Assembly: GCA_964550935.1 (NCBI GenBank)
Contig: CAZKBB010000005.1
Coordinates: forward strand, 1,705-65,704
Source of the DNA: an uncultured Caulobacterales bacterium
GTDB lineage: Bacteria; Pseudomonadota; Alphaproteobacteria; Caulobacterales; Maricaulaceae
Length of the DNA: 64,000 bases
Reading direction: 5' to 3'
Part shown: positions 39,860-48,936 of the stretch, piece after piece
Layout: each line of letters begins with the position of its first letter
Numbering within the stretch: position 1 is the stretch's first letter
Translations under genes and position numbers: made by a program
Notes under the pieces: model-generated
The model's input: only the letters and a program-made list of their open reading frames with translations
Told to the model about the DNA's origin: nothing
The model's database searches: none

Positions 39860-39966
39860 GGGCTCCTAGTGGTTGGGGTCGACGATGGTCGGTCAAAAAG
39901 AAGTCAGCGTAGATGTGGACGGTGGGCGGGGCCGGCGCAAGTCAAACCGGCGCCGACGCGCCGCGC

Positions 39967-40515
39967 TCAGGCCGATCCCGGCGCGCGCCGCTCAAGCACG
40001 CGCAGGGTAAACCCGGCCTCGTCGCCCGGCGCGGCCTCGACGCGCTCTGCGCTTTTTTCACGCCATTCGCTTTCATTGAGCTCGGGAAAGACGGCGTCTC
40101 CGTCGGGTTCAAGGTCTATTTCAGTTAAATAGATCCGGAAGGCGCGTTCGGCGAGGAGGCGATAGAGCCTGGCGCCGCCGATAACGCAGATTTCGCTCAC
40201 CCCCGCGATCGAGGCGGCCGTGCGCGCGGCCTCCAGCGCGTGCCAGACATCGCTGAACACTTCCGCGCCAGGCGCGTCCTCAGGCGCGAGCGTGGTGGAC
40301 ACCAGGATGTTGGGCCGCTCAGGCAGCGGCTTTCTCGGCAGGCTCTCCCAGGTGCGCCGGCCCATCACGACCGGCTTGCCGCGCGTGATCGCTTTGAAGC
40401 GCTTCAGATCGGACGGAATCCGCCAGGGCAGATCGCCGTCCTTGCCGATCACGCCGTTCTTCGCGCGCGCCACCACCAGGCAGAGGACGGGGTCGGAGGC
40501 GCCGGGCGCATCCAT
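39967..40515 (-). CDS. folA: Dihydrofolate reductase
   Basis: ARAKNGVIGKDGDLPWRIPSDLKRFKAITRGKPVVMGRRTWESL. Confidence 0.92.
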   Translation of the reverse strand: MDAPGASDPVLCLVVARAKNGVIGKDGDLPWRIPSDLKRFKAITRGKPVVMGRRTWESLPRKPLPERPNILVSTTLAPEDAPGAEVFSDVWHALEAARTAASIAGVSEICVIGGARLYRLLAERAFRIYLTEIDLEPDGDAVFPELNESEWREKSAERVEAAPGDEAGFTLRVLERRAPGSA

Positions 40516-40518
40516 CGC

Positions 40519-41364
40519 CTAAACCGCCACGGGGGCGGCGATGCGCGGGTGGGGGTCGTAGCCCTCGATTGTGATGTGCTCGTAGTCGAAGGCGAAGAGA
40601 TCGGTCACGATCGGGTCGAGCCTCAGCGTCGGCAACGCGCGCGGCGCGCGCGAGAGCTGCTCGGCGACCTGCGCGCGGTGGTTCGAGTAGATATGCGCGT
40701 CTCCGAACGTGTGCACGAACTCGCCCGGCTCAAGGCCCGCGGCCTGCGCGACCATCGCCAAAAGCAGCGCATAGCTGGCGATATTGAACGGCACGCCGAG
40801 GAACATGTCGGCGGAGCGCTGATAGAGCTGCAGGTGCAGCCGCCCGCCGAGCACCTTGAACTGAAACAGGGTATGGCAGGGCGGCAGCGCCATTGAGGGC
40901 ACGTCGTAAGGGTTCCAGGCCGACACCACGAGGCGGCGGCTGTCCGGATTGGCTTTGATCTGCTCAATGAGCTGGGCGAGCTGATCGATCTCGCGCCCGT
41001 CAGGGCCGGTCCAGGCCCGCCACTGCTTGCCGTAGACCGGACCGAGCTCGCCGTCTTCGTCCGCCCACTCGTCCCAGATCGTAACCCCGCGCTCTTGCAG
41101 CCAGCCGACATTCGTCAGCCCCTTCACGAACCAGAGCAGCTCCACCGCGACCGACTTGAAGTGCACCGTCTTGGTGGTCAGAAGCGGAAAGCCGTCGGCC
41201 ATGTCATGGCGGATCTGACGGCCGAACACGCCGCGCGTCCCGACGCCTGTGCGGTCGCTCTGGTCCTCGCCGGTCTCCAGGATGTCGCGCAACAGATCGA
41301 GATAGGCGCGCTCGATCGGCGCGCCTTGAGCGGGGCTGGCGACGGGGACGGGGGACGCGGACAT
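40519..41364 (-). CDS. thyA: Thymidylate synthase (ThyA)
   Basis: DRTGVGT, LPPCH and [18 protein letters not shown]. Confidence 0.95.
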   Translation of the reverse strand: MSASPVPVASPAQGAPIERAYLDLLRDILETGEDQSDRTGVGTRGVFGRQIRHDMADGFPLLTTKTVHFKSVAVELLWFVKGLTNVGWLQERGVTIWDEWADEDGELGPVYGKQWRAWTGPDGREIDQLAQLIEQIKANPDSRRLVVSAWNPYDVPSMALPPCHTLFQFKVLGGRLHLQLYQRSADMFLGVPFNIASYALLLAMVAQAAGLEPGEFVHTFGDAHIYSNHRAQVAEQLSRAPRALPTLRLDPIVTDLFAFDYEHITIEGYDPHPRIAAPVAV

Positions 41365-41528
41365 CAGGCTCTCCGGCGGGATCGATGCGGGCCAAACAGA
41401 CCTTTGCGTGATTCGTGGCCCGGCGTGGCGCGAGCTTCAAGCCCTGCGCGCCGCGCCGCGTCGAAATCCGCTTGGCGCCGGAGCGATGCGGCGCCATAGT
41501 GCCGCAACGTGAACAAAAGGAGAATATA

Positions 41529-41900
41529 ATGATCGGCTATGTGACGCTTGGAACCAACGATTTTGAGCGCGGGGTGAAGTTCTACGACGCCCTCGCTCAG
41601 CTTCTCGATACGCCGCGCATGATGGAGGGGGAGACCTTTGTGGCCTGGGGAACGATGGACGGCCCGGCCGGGATCGGGCTGATGAAGCCCTTCAACGGCG
41701 AGCCGGCCACGGTGGGCAACGGCGTGATGGTCGCGCTGCAGGCGCGCGACGCCGATCACGTCAAGGCGATCTACGACACCGCGCTCGCCAACGGGGGAAC
41801 CGACGAAGGCGCGCCCGGCCCGCGCGAAGGCGGCTTCTACGCCGGCTATTTCCGCGACCCCGACGGCAACAAGCTCAACGCCTTCTGCATGACCGGCTAA
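41529..41900 (+). CDS. VOC (glyoxalase/bleomycin-resistance) family protein
   Basis: SD GGAG before the ATG at 41529. MIGYVTLGTNDFERGVKFYD...GYFRDPDGNKL. Confidence 0.8.
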   Translation: MIGYVTLGTNDFERGVKFYDALAQLLDTPRMMEGETFVAWGTMDGPAGIGLMKPFNGEPATVGNGVMVALQARDADHVKAIYDTALANGGTDEGAPGPREGGFYAGYFRDPDGNKLNAFCMTG

Positions 41901-41904
41901 GGCG

Positions 41905-42561
41905 TCAGCCCTCGCATGATTGCGGCGCGGCGCGCTTCACCGCGCGCAGGAGCGAGCCGGGCAGGAGATGGCCGCCGGTCCAGCCGGTCTCGACCCCGGC
42001 CGCTTCGAGCTGGCGGGCGAGCCAGACATTGCAGGTCTGGAACAGGTGATAGCGCGGCGCGGCGGCCAGAAAGGCCGAGCCGCGCGGGTCGAGCCCCTCG
42101 CCCTGCACGCGCACGCGGCCGGCCGCGCTGAGCGCGAGATCCTGCTCGATCGCGTCGGCGAGCGCGCGGGCCTTGTCCGGCGCCAGCGCCAGGCCCATCT
42201 CGTCGCCGGCGTAGGCCAAGCGCGGATCGCGATCGAACCAGGCCGCATGCAGCACCGAACGCGTCGGCCAGAGCACCGCGCCCGCCCCGTTCAGCGGGCC
42301 GAGCCCGCGATACGCGCGCGCATCGCCCCAGCCGATGGCGAACCAGTCCGCGTCCGGGCGCCAGCGCCTCAGGGGACCCTCGGCGTTGAACGCCTCGGCG
42401 GGGAGGTAGAGATTGGCGTGCCAGCCCGTCGCGCCGAGCCCGGCCTGCACGCACGGCCCCTCGCGCAGGCCCGGCGCCGGCGCGCCCGCACAAGCGGCGA
42501 GCAACGCGAAGACAAGCCCGGCGCAGCAAGCGCGCGCCGCCTCGATCCGTCCTCGCCGCAT
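41905..42561 (-). CDS. DUF2459 / TIGR02117-family lipoprotein
   Basis: Lipobox LLAAC, plus GWHANLYLP and HLFQTCNVWLARQLEAAG. Start taken at MRRGRIE. Confidence 0.65.
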   Translation of the reverse strand: MRRGRIEAARACCAGLVFALLAACAGAPAPGLREGPCVQAGLGATGWHANLYLPAEAFNAEGPLRRWRPDADWFAIGWGDARAYRGLGPLNGAGAVLWPTRSVLHAAWFDRDPRLAYAGDEMGLALAPDKARALADAIEQDLALSAAGRVRVQGEGLDPRGSAFLAAAPRYHLFQTCNVWLARQLEAAGVETGWTGGHLLPGSLLRAVKRAAPQSCEG

Positions 42562-42602
42562 GCGCACACCTTTCATCAACCCGCTTGACCCGTTATATTG
42601 AA

Positions 42603-43088
42603 GGTGTCCGTTTAGCGGCGGACTATGGCGATAAACGCGCGTGTAATAACCAGACCGGACCCGGGTGCGATTCCCGGCGGCTCCACCAACTCTCTTCTCC
42701 GTTCGTTGGACGGACAAGCGCTCGGGGCCGATCAGGATCGACGGATGGCTAAAGACGTTGCTTTCGCCCGACTGGGCTCCGTCAAAAGCCCGTTCAAAGT
42801 AGTTGCCAACGACAACTATGCTGAAGAGGTCGCTCTCGCCGCGTAAGCGGTGCGAGCATCTCGCTCTTAAGTCCTGACCTCTAGCATGGTCAGGCGGGGT
42901 TCGGGGGCGCCTGGCAACAGAAGCCCCCACTTATTCCCCCCTTTGGCCCTGTTTTACGTGACGGGACGCAAAGGCGACCGCGTAATTCGATGTGACCGGC
43001 GGCCCGACCGGGTTCGCCCGCCCCGCCTTCTCCGGCTAAGGCGATGTCTGCGTGATCAACGAGAGCGGCGCCCCCCCCAAACGGTACC
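42603..43088 (+). ncRNA. ssrA: Two-piece (circularly permuted) tmRNA
   Basis: The acceptor piece ends CCCGG-GTGCGAT-TCCCGG-CGGCTCC-ACCA at 42688. The coding piece starts GGGGCCG at 42724, pairing with CGGCUCC and including G3:U70. The tag frame at 42805-42846 encodes ANDNYAEEVALAA*. Outer boundaries are approximate. Confidence 0.88.
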
Positions 43089-43234
43089 CGGCTCCGTAAG
43101 CGCTTCACTCTGATCGAATTTTCGTGTCAGCGAAGGAACACGGCTCTCCGGCGGGTCGTTGTGGTGCAGGCGCCGCGGCGGGGTTCAGCTCGTCGACGGC
43201 GCCCAAGCAGCCCCAACGACGGAGCGACGTCGCC

Positions 43235-44101
43235 ATGATCAACTATGAGAACTTCTTCGCCTTCGACTACTGGCAGTACGAGGTCATACGCCACGTCTTC
43301 GGCCTGACGGTGGCGGTGTTCGCCGCCTCGCTGGTCTATTTCGCGATGACCGCGAAAAGCGTGCTGCCGCGCTTCCGCGCCACCTCCGCGATCTCCGCGG
43401 TGGTCATGGTCTCGGCCGCGATCGAGATCTTCACCCTCTGGCTTTTGTGGAACCAGGCCTACGCCTATGACGCGGCGTCGAACACGTTCGCGACCGTACA
43501 GGGCGAGGTGTTCTCCAACGGCTATCGCTACGCCAACTGGCTGATCGACGTGCCGATGCTGCTCACCCAGTTCCTGGTGGTGCTCGGCTTCACCGGCGCG
43601 GCCTTCTTCAAGCGCTGGTGGAAGCTGACCCTCGCCGGCGCTCTGATGATCGTCACCGGCTATGTCGGCCAGTACTACGAGCCGCAGGTCGCCGGGTTCG
43701 CGGACGGTTCGGGCTCAGGCTTCTGGATCTGGGGGATCCTCTCCTGGCTGATCTTCTTCTACCTGCTGTTCGCTGCGAACAGCGCGTTTAAGGACGGCGT
43801 CGGGAATCTGGACGCCTCGGTCCAGCCGAAGATGAAGCTCGCCTGGAGGATCCTGTTCTATTCCTGGTGGCTTTACGGCTTCGCCTATCTCGTCCCCGGC
43901 ATCCCGGTGATCAACGAGGACCCGAACTTCGTGGTCGTGCGTCAGATCATCTACACCGTGGCCGACATCGTCTCGAAGACGGTCTTCGGCGTGGTGCTGA
44001 CGATGGTCGCCGCCAAGCAGAGCGCGGTGGAGGATCCGCGTTACGCCGACGGCGAGCCGGAAGGCGCGATGGATCAGAGCAAAGGCGCGCCCACCGCCTG
44101 A
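43235..44101 (+). CDS. Microbial rhodopsin with an NDQ motif (candidate light-driven Na+ pump)
   Basis: 7 TM helices. Helix C is RYANWLIDVPMLLTQ (N/D/Q at 0/+4/+11). Helix G is YTVADIVSK (Asp and Schiff-base Lys). SAVVMVSA and MIVTGYVGQYYE are also present. SD GGAG lies 10 nt upstream of the ATG. Confidence 0.9.
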   Translation: MINYENFFAFDYWQYEVIRHVFGLTVAVFAASLVYFAMTAKSVLPRFRATSAISAVVMVSAAIEIFTLWLLWNQAYAYDAASNTFATVQGEVFSNGYRYANWLIDVPMLLTQFLVVLGFTGAAFFKRWWKLTLAGALMIVTGYVGQYYEPQVAGFADGSGSGFWIWGILSWLIFFYLLFAANSAFKDGVGNLDASVQPKMKLAWRILFYSWWLYGFAYLVPGIPVINEDPNFVVVRQIIYTVADIVSKTVFGVVLTMVAAKQSAVEDPRYADGEPEGAMDQSKGAPTA

Positions 44102-44158
44102 TCCGGGTCGCCTGATCCAGACTGCGTAAAGGCCGCTGAACCGCCCTACACCGAAGAG

Positions 44159-44191
44159 CGCCGCCGGAGCCCCCGCTCCGGCGGCGTTTTT
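44159..44191 (+). terminator. Rho-independent terminator of the rhodopsin gene
   Basis: Perfect 12-bp stem CGCCGCCGGAGC-cccc-GCTCCGGCGGCG followed by TTTTT. Confidence 0.8.
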
Positions 44192-45576
44192 CATGGCGCG
44201 TGCTCGATCCGCAGCGGCAGGCCGCCGCGCGGGCGGACCGTGACCTGCATCAGCGGCTCGACCTCGTGACCGTCGACGGGGCTGAGCGACACCGCGTCGA
44301 GCGCGCGCGCGAGCATCAAGCTCGCCTCGGTGAGCGCGAAGTGCGCGCCGATGCAGGTGCGCGGCCCGCCCCCGAACGGTGCATGCATGAAGGGGTCGCG
44401 CGGGCGGCGCTCAGGCGAGAAGCGATCAGGATCGAACCGCCCGGGCGCGTCCCACAGCGTTTCGTGGCGATGCAGGCAGTAGAACACCAGGAGCGCGCGC
44501 TCGCCGCGCCGGACCTTGCGGCCCGCGATCTCGGTGTCGCGCACCGCGCGCCGGCCGAGCGCCGGGGCGGGCGGATAGAGCCGCATCGCCTCCTCCAGCA
44601 CCTGGCGGATGAAGCCGAGCGCGCCGGGCTGAAGCGCGCCCTCGCCCGCCTCGGCGATCGCCGCGCGGGCCTCGGCGCGCGCGCGCCTCTGGGCCGTCGC
44701 ATCATTGGCCAGGAGATAGAGCGCCCAGGTCAGCGCGATCGCGGTCGTCTCATGGCCCGCCGCGATCAGGGTGATCAGCGTGTCGCGCACGTCTTCGTCC
44801 GACAAGGCCGCCTCGCCCTCGCTCTTCAACAACAGCCCCATGAGGTCGGAGCCGGGATCGGCGCGCTCGCGCCGGCGGCGGATCTGAGCCTGCGCGCAGC
44901 GCCGGAACACCGCACGCGCCCGGCGCGCCGCGCGGCTCATGGGCCGCGGGACCCATTCAGGAAACGGCGCCAGATCGACCAGGCGCACCACCCCGATCTC
45001 GCCGAGCAGGGTCTCCAGCGCCTGGCGCATCTGCGCGCGCTCCACCTCGCGGGCCTCGGAGAACAGGGCGTGCTCGATCACCTGAAAGGCCGCGTCGTTG
45101 AGCGCGCCCTCCACGTCGACCACCCCGGGCGCGCTTGCGGCGAGCCGCCCGGCGAGGTCCCGCGCGCAGGCGTCCATCATCGGCGCGAACGCCTCGATGC
45201 GCTTGCGCATGAAGGCCGGCTGCAGGCGCAGGCGCTGGGAGCGCCAGCGCGCGCCGTGCGCGGTGAACACCGCATCGCCCAGAACGGGGCGCAGCGTGCG
45301 CAGGATCAGCGGCGACTTGCGCCAGGCCTCGGGATCGTCGCGCAGCACCGCGGCGATTTCATCGGGACCGGAGAGGCGATGGACCACCGCGCCCATCGAT
45401 TCGCTTTTCTGATAGGTCTCGGTCAACAAGGACCGCGGCAGCGCGGAGAGCGGGTTCTCCTTCAGCCGCCGCGCGGTTTCGGTCAGGCCCGGCGCGCGCT
45501 CGGCGAGGCGGACTTCAGCGGGGCGGAAGGTCGCGCGCATGCGCTCACTCGCCGCTCGGGGCGCAGTTTCCCCCAT
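44191..45576 (-). CDS. Cytochrome P450
   Basis: I-helix AAGHETT, ExxR EEAMRLYPP, and heme-Cys loop FGGGPRTCIGAHFA. Start at 45576 (MGETAP) or 45540. Confidence 0.9.
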   Translation of the reverse strand: MGETAPRAASERMRATFRPAEVRLAERAPGLTETARRLKENPLSALPRSLLTETYQKSESMGAVVHRLSGPDEIAAVLRDDPEAWRKSPLILRTLRPVLGDAVFTAHGARWRSQRLRLQPAFMRKRIEAFAPMMDACARDLAGRLAASAPGVVDVEGALNDAAFQVIEHALFSEAREVERAQMRQALETLLGEIGVVRLVDLAPFPEWVPRPMSRAARRARAVFRRCAQAQIRRRRERADPGSDLMGLLLKSEGEAALSDEDVRDTLITLIAAGHETTAIALTWALYLLANDATAQRRARAEARAAIAEAGEGALQPGALGFIRQVLEEAMRLYPPAPALGRRAVRDTEIAGRKVRRGERALLVFYCLHRHETLWDAPGRFDPDRFSPERRPRDPFMHAPFGGGPRTCIGAHFALTEASLMLARALDAVSLSPVDGHEVEPLMQVTVRPRGGLPLRIEHAP

Positions 45577-45736
45577 GCATTCAACCCCTTCGCCCCTGTC
45601 TGGCGATATCAGCCCGCATTCATCCCACCCGCAACTTAACCGCGACCGCATGCAGACGAAACAGCATGGTGAATTGACGCGCCTTACGGCTCGACTACGC
45701 TCGCCCCTTGGACTTTCCGTGGGGAGGCGCGACGGC

Positions 45737-46249
45737 GTGGCCAAGGATCTGATGCGCTATGACAAGCTCGCGCAGAGCGCGCTGCGCACGGTCGTGCGCC
45801 AGGCGATCGAGCGCGCGGCCGGCGCGCAGGGGCTTCCCGGCGCGCATCATTTCTACATCACGTTCAAGACCCGCGACCCCGGCTGCGACGTGGATGACGG
45901 GCTCGTGGCGGCCTATCCCGACGAGATGACCATCGTCCTGGAGCATCAATTCTGGGACCTCGCCGCGGAGGCGGACTTCTTCGAGGTGACGCTGAAATTC
46001 GGCGGCGTCCCGAAGTATCTCAAGGTCCCCTACTCCGCCGTGACGCGCTTCCACGATCCGTCCGTCGGCTTTCATCTCCAATTCGACTACGAGACCCCGC
46101 CGGGCGGGCGCAAGCCTGCGCCCAAGCCCGCGCCCGACGCGCCCGTTGGCGAGAGCGCGGGCGATCCCGAAGCCGCCGGCGAGACCGGCGGCGAGGGCGA
46201 AGAAGGCACGGTGGTGAGCCTGGACGCCTTCCGCAAGAAGGACGGATGA
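45737..46249 (+). CDS. sspB: ClpXP adaptor SspB (alphaproteobacterial type)
   Basis: A GTG start at 45737 follows SD GGGGAGG. YDKLAQSALRTVVRQAIERAA...HHFYITFKT, an acidic/Pro linker, and a C-terminal ClpX-binding-like VVSLDAFRKK. Confidence 0.75.
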   Translation: MAKDLMRYDKLAQSALRTVVRQAIERAAGAQGLPGAHHFYITFKTRDPGCDVDDGLVAAYPDEMTIVLEHQFWDLAAEADFFEVTLKFGGVPKYLKVPYSAVTRFHDPSVGFHLQFDYETPPGGRKPAPKPAPDAPVGESAGDPEAAGETGGEGEEGTVVSLDAFRKKDG

Positions 46250-46689
46250 GCCAGGGCTTCAGCGACGCGGAGATCACGGCGCTTCTCACCGAGGACGCGC
46301 ACATGCCCGCGTGCACGCGCCATCTGGGCTTTCAGATCGACGCGCTGGACTTCGAGGCGAACGCGCTGACCGCCCGCGCGAGCGTGCGGGAGGCCTTCCG
46401 CAACCCGAACGGTTCGGTCCAGGGCGGCATCGTCTCGGCCTTTCTGGACGAGGCGATGAGCGCGGCGCTGCTGCTGGCGGTGCGCTTCACAGCGGCGGTG
46501 CCCACGCTTGAGATGAAGACCAGCTTCCTGCGGCCGCTCATAAGCCAAGAGGTGCGTCTGGAGGCGAAGGTGGAGCGGATCGGGCGAACGTTCGGGTTTT
46601 CGGAGGGGCGCGCCTTCGACGCGGACGGGCGGCTGTGCGCCATCGCCACGGCCACCGCCGCGCTGAAGCACGGCGATCCGAACGCCTGA
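46246..46689 (+). CDS. PaaI-family hotdog thioesterase
   Basis: NPNGSVQGGIVSAFLDEAMSAA. ATGA overlap with sspB. Confidence 0.8.
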   Translation: MSQGFSDAEITALLTEDAHMPACTRHLGFQIDALDFEANALTARASVREAFRNPNGSVQGGIVSAFLDEAMSAALLLAVRFTAAVPTLEMKTSFLRPLISQEVRLEAKVERIGRTFGFSEGRAFDADGRLCAIATATAALKHGDPNA

Positions 46690-46700
46690 GGCCGGCACGC

Positions 46701-47093
46701 TCAAGCCGCCTGAGCGAGCGGGCGCGCGCGCACCTTCACCCGGGCCCGGTCTCCGTCGACCTTTTCCACGAACAAACGCTCGACCTGGCTGTCATCGTGG
46801 AACACGATGCCGGTCAGCGCGTCGAGCACGGCCTTGGCGACGTTGTCCACGTCGTGGCGCGGCGAGTCCGGCGTCTTCTCGATCGTGATCACGACCTCGA
46901 ACGGGCCCCATTTGGGCCGCGTGCGCTTGAACTCGGTGCGGAAGAACTCCCCGATCAACCCCTTGAAGCGCCGGGTCTGGGAGGTCACCGCATCGACGCG
47001 GAGATGGAGCGAACCGTTCATCGTGGCGGCCTGCACGCGGCCTCTCCCTGTCCAAGCGCTTCGGGCGATCTCGTCGTCGGCTTGATCAACCAT
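46701..47093 (-). CDS. rusA: RusA-family Holliday junction resolvase-like protein
   Basis: [26 protein letters not shown] matches E. coli RusA [27 protein letters not shown] (recalled from memory). The N-terminal half is atypical. Start is uncertain (47093 or 47021). Confidence 0.6.
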   Translation of the reverse strand: MVDQADDEIARSAWTGRGRVQAATMNGSLHLRVDAVTSQTRRFKGLIGEFFRTEFKRTRPKWGPFEVVITIEKTPDSPRHDVDNVAKAVLDALTGIVFHDDSQVERLFVEKVDGDRARVKVRARPLAQAA

Positions 47094-47188
47094 GGCCGAG
47101 TGATAAACACCCCGATTCGAACCCGTCCATCATCGAACCGCGCGCGCGAACCCGCAAGCGCGGCGCGCCCTTGCGTCAGGAGCCAGCC

Positions 47189-48580
47189 ATGTCCGCCATC
47201 CGCACCGAGACCGATTCCCTGGGCCCGATGGAGGTCCCCGCCGACAAGCTGTGGGGCGCCCAGACCGCGCGGTCGCTGGAGAACTTCAAGATCGGCGGAC
47301 AGACCCAGCCGAAGCCGCTGATCCGCGCGCTGGGCATCGTCAAGCACTGCGCGGCGAGGGCCAATCTCGCGCTGGACAATATCGAGCCGGAGCTCGGTGA
47401 TGCGATCGCGGCGGCCGCGCTCGAGGTCGCCGAGGGCGCGCTCGACGATCACTTCCCTCTGGTGGTCTGGCAGACCGGGTCGGGCACTCAGTCGAACATG
47501 AACGCCAACGAGGTGATCGCGAACCGCGCGATCCAGATGCTCGGCGGGGAGGTCGGCTCGAAGGATCCGGTCCACCCCAACGACCACGTGAACCGGTCGC
47601 AATCCTCCAACGACACCTTCCCCACCGCGATGCACATCGCCGCGGCCGAGGAGGCGACCCATCGCCTCCTTCCGGCGCTGAAGAGGCTGCGCGACGCGCT
47701 GATGGAGAAGGTCGAGGCGTTCGACGGCGTCATCAAGATCGGGCGCACCCACATGATGGACGCCACCCCGCTCACCCTCGGTCAGGAGTTCTCCGCCTAC
47801 GCGGCCATGGTCGACAACGCGATCCGGCGCGTGGAGACCGCCCTGCCCCAGCTTCTCGAGCTCGCCCAAGGCGGCACGGCCGTGGGCACCGGGCTCAACG
47901 CCAAGCCGGGCTTCGCTGAGGGCTTCGCCGAGGCCGTCGCCAAATTTACCGGGCTCGACTTCGTCACGGCGCCGAACAAGTTCGAGGCGCTCTCCACCAA
48001 GGACGCCATGGTGGAGATGCACGGCGCACTGAACTCTGCGGCCGTCTCCCTGTTCAAGATCGCCAACGATATCCGCCTTCTGGGCTCGGGCCCGCGCTGC
48101 GGGATCGGCGAGCTCGCCCTGCCGGCCAACGAGCCCGGCTCCTCGATCATGCCGGGCAAGGTGAACCCGACCCAGGCCGAGGCCATGACCATGGTTTGCG
48201 CCCAGGTCATGGGCAATAACGCCGGGGTCAGCTTCGCGGGCAGCCAGGGCCACTTTCAGCTGAACGTGTTCAAGCCGATGATCGCCTGGAACGTGCTCAC
48301 CTCCACGGGCCTGCTCGCCGACGCCTGCGTCAGCTTCACCGAGAAGTGCGTGGTCGGGATCGAGGCGAACGAGGCGCGCATTGCGGAGCTTCTTGAGAAG
48401 TCGCTGATGCTTGTGACCGCCCTGGCGCCGGAGATCGGTTACGACAACGCCGCAAAAGTCGCCAAGACCGCGCACGAGAACGGCACGACGCTGCGCGAGG
48501 AGGCGGTGCGGCTCGGCTTCGTGGATGAGGCGCGCTTCGACCAGGTGGTGCGGCCCGAGCAGATGATCGGTCCGCGCTGA
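47189..48580 (+). CDS. fumC: Class II fumarate hydratase
   Basis: [16 protein letters not shown]... and the [16 protein letters not shown] signature. SD AGGAG upstream. Confidence 0.95.
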   Translation: MSAIRTETDSLGPMEVPADKLWGAQTARSLENFKIGGQTQPKPLIRALGIVKHCAARANLALDNIEPELGDAIAAAALEVAEGALDDHFPLVVWQTGSGTQSNMNANEVIANRAIQMLGGEVGSKDPVHPNDHVNRSQSSNDTFPTAMHIAAAEEATHRLLPALKRLRDALMEKVEAFDGVIKIGRTHMMDATPLTLGQEFSAYAAMVDNAIRRVETALPQLLELAQGGTAVGTGLNAKPGFAEGFAEAVAKFTGLDFVTAPNKFEALSTKDAMVEMHGALNSAAVSLFKIANDIRLLGSGPRCGIGELALPANEPGSSIMPGKVNPTQAEAMTMVCAQVMGNNAGVSFAGSQGHFQLNVFKPMIAWNVLTSTGLLADACVSFTEKCVVGIEANEARIAELLEKSLMLVTALAPEIGYDNAAKVAKTAHENGTTLREEAVRLGFVDEARFDQVVRPEQMIGPR

Positions 48581-48688
48581 TCGGAACGCTGCAAAATTGT
48601 CGCAGTTCGCGCCTGCAGCACTTGAAGCGGGCCGCGCGCGATCCAGTTCAGGTCACCACGCACCACACGCAAGACCTGATGGATCGTC

Positions 48689-48925
48689 ATGCTTGAGAAA
48701 CGCTCGGTCACGCTTTCCGGCCACCGCACCAGCGTCGCGCTGGAGCCCGAGTTTTGGGCCGTCATCGAGATGTCGGCGCGCGACAAGGGCCAGTCCATCG
48801 CAGCCCTGATCAAGGAGATCGACGAGGGCCGCGCCGCATCGGGACTGGAGCGGCCGCTCGCCAGTTCGCTGCGCGTGTGGGCGCTGAAGCGCACCCAGAA
48901 CGGGGCGAAAAACGGGGCCGGTTAG
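48689..48925 (+). CDS. Ribbon-helix-helix (RHH_4-like) domain protein
   Basis: RSVTLSGHRTSVALEPEFWAVIEMSARDKGQSIAALIKEID...LASSLRVWAL. Confidence 0.65.
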   Translation: MLEKRSVTLSGHRTSVALEPEFWAVIEMSARDKGQSIAALIKEIDEGRAASGLERPLASSLRVWALKRTQNGAKNGAG

Positions 48926-48936
48926 GCTGAACGCGC

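Noticed and set aside
42625-42846. 73-aa ORF ending in ANDNYAEEVALAA
   Set aside because: It is the tmRNA gene read through from an upstream ATG. Only the last 13 codons, the tag reading frame, are biologically meaningful.
43124-43234. GTG-initiated 37-codon N-terminal extension of the rhodopsin
   Set aside because: The extension is Ala/Gly/Ser-rich and not hydrophobic. The ATG at 43235 has an SD (GGAG) and aligns with the start of helix A relative to KR2.
43235-45576. Retinal biosynthesis genes (blh, crtEBIY) next to the rhodopsin
   Set aside because: I looked on both strands across the whole window and found none. Their absence here says nothing about the rest of the genome.
44200-48475. 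ORFs antisense to the P450 gene (44200..45639) and fumC (47018..48475)
   Set aside because: The reasoning is the same: the opposite strand carries the unmistakable P450 and fumarase signatures.
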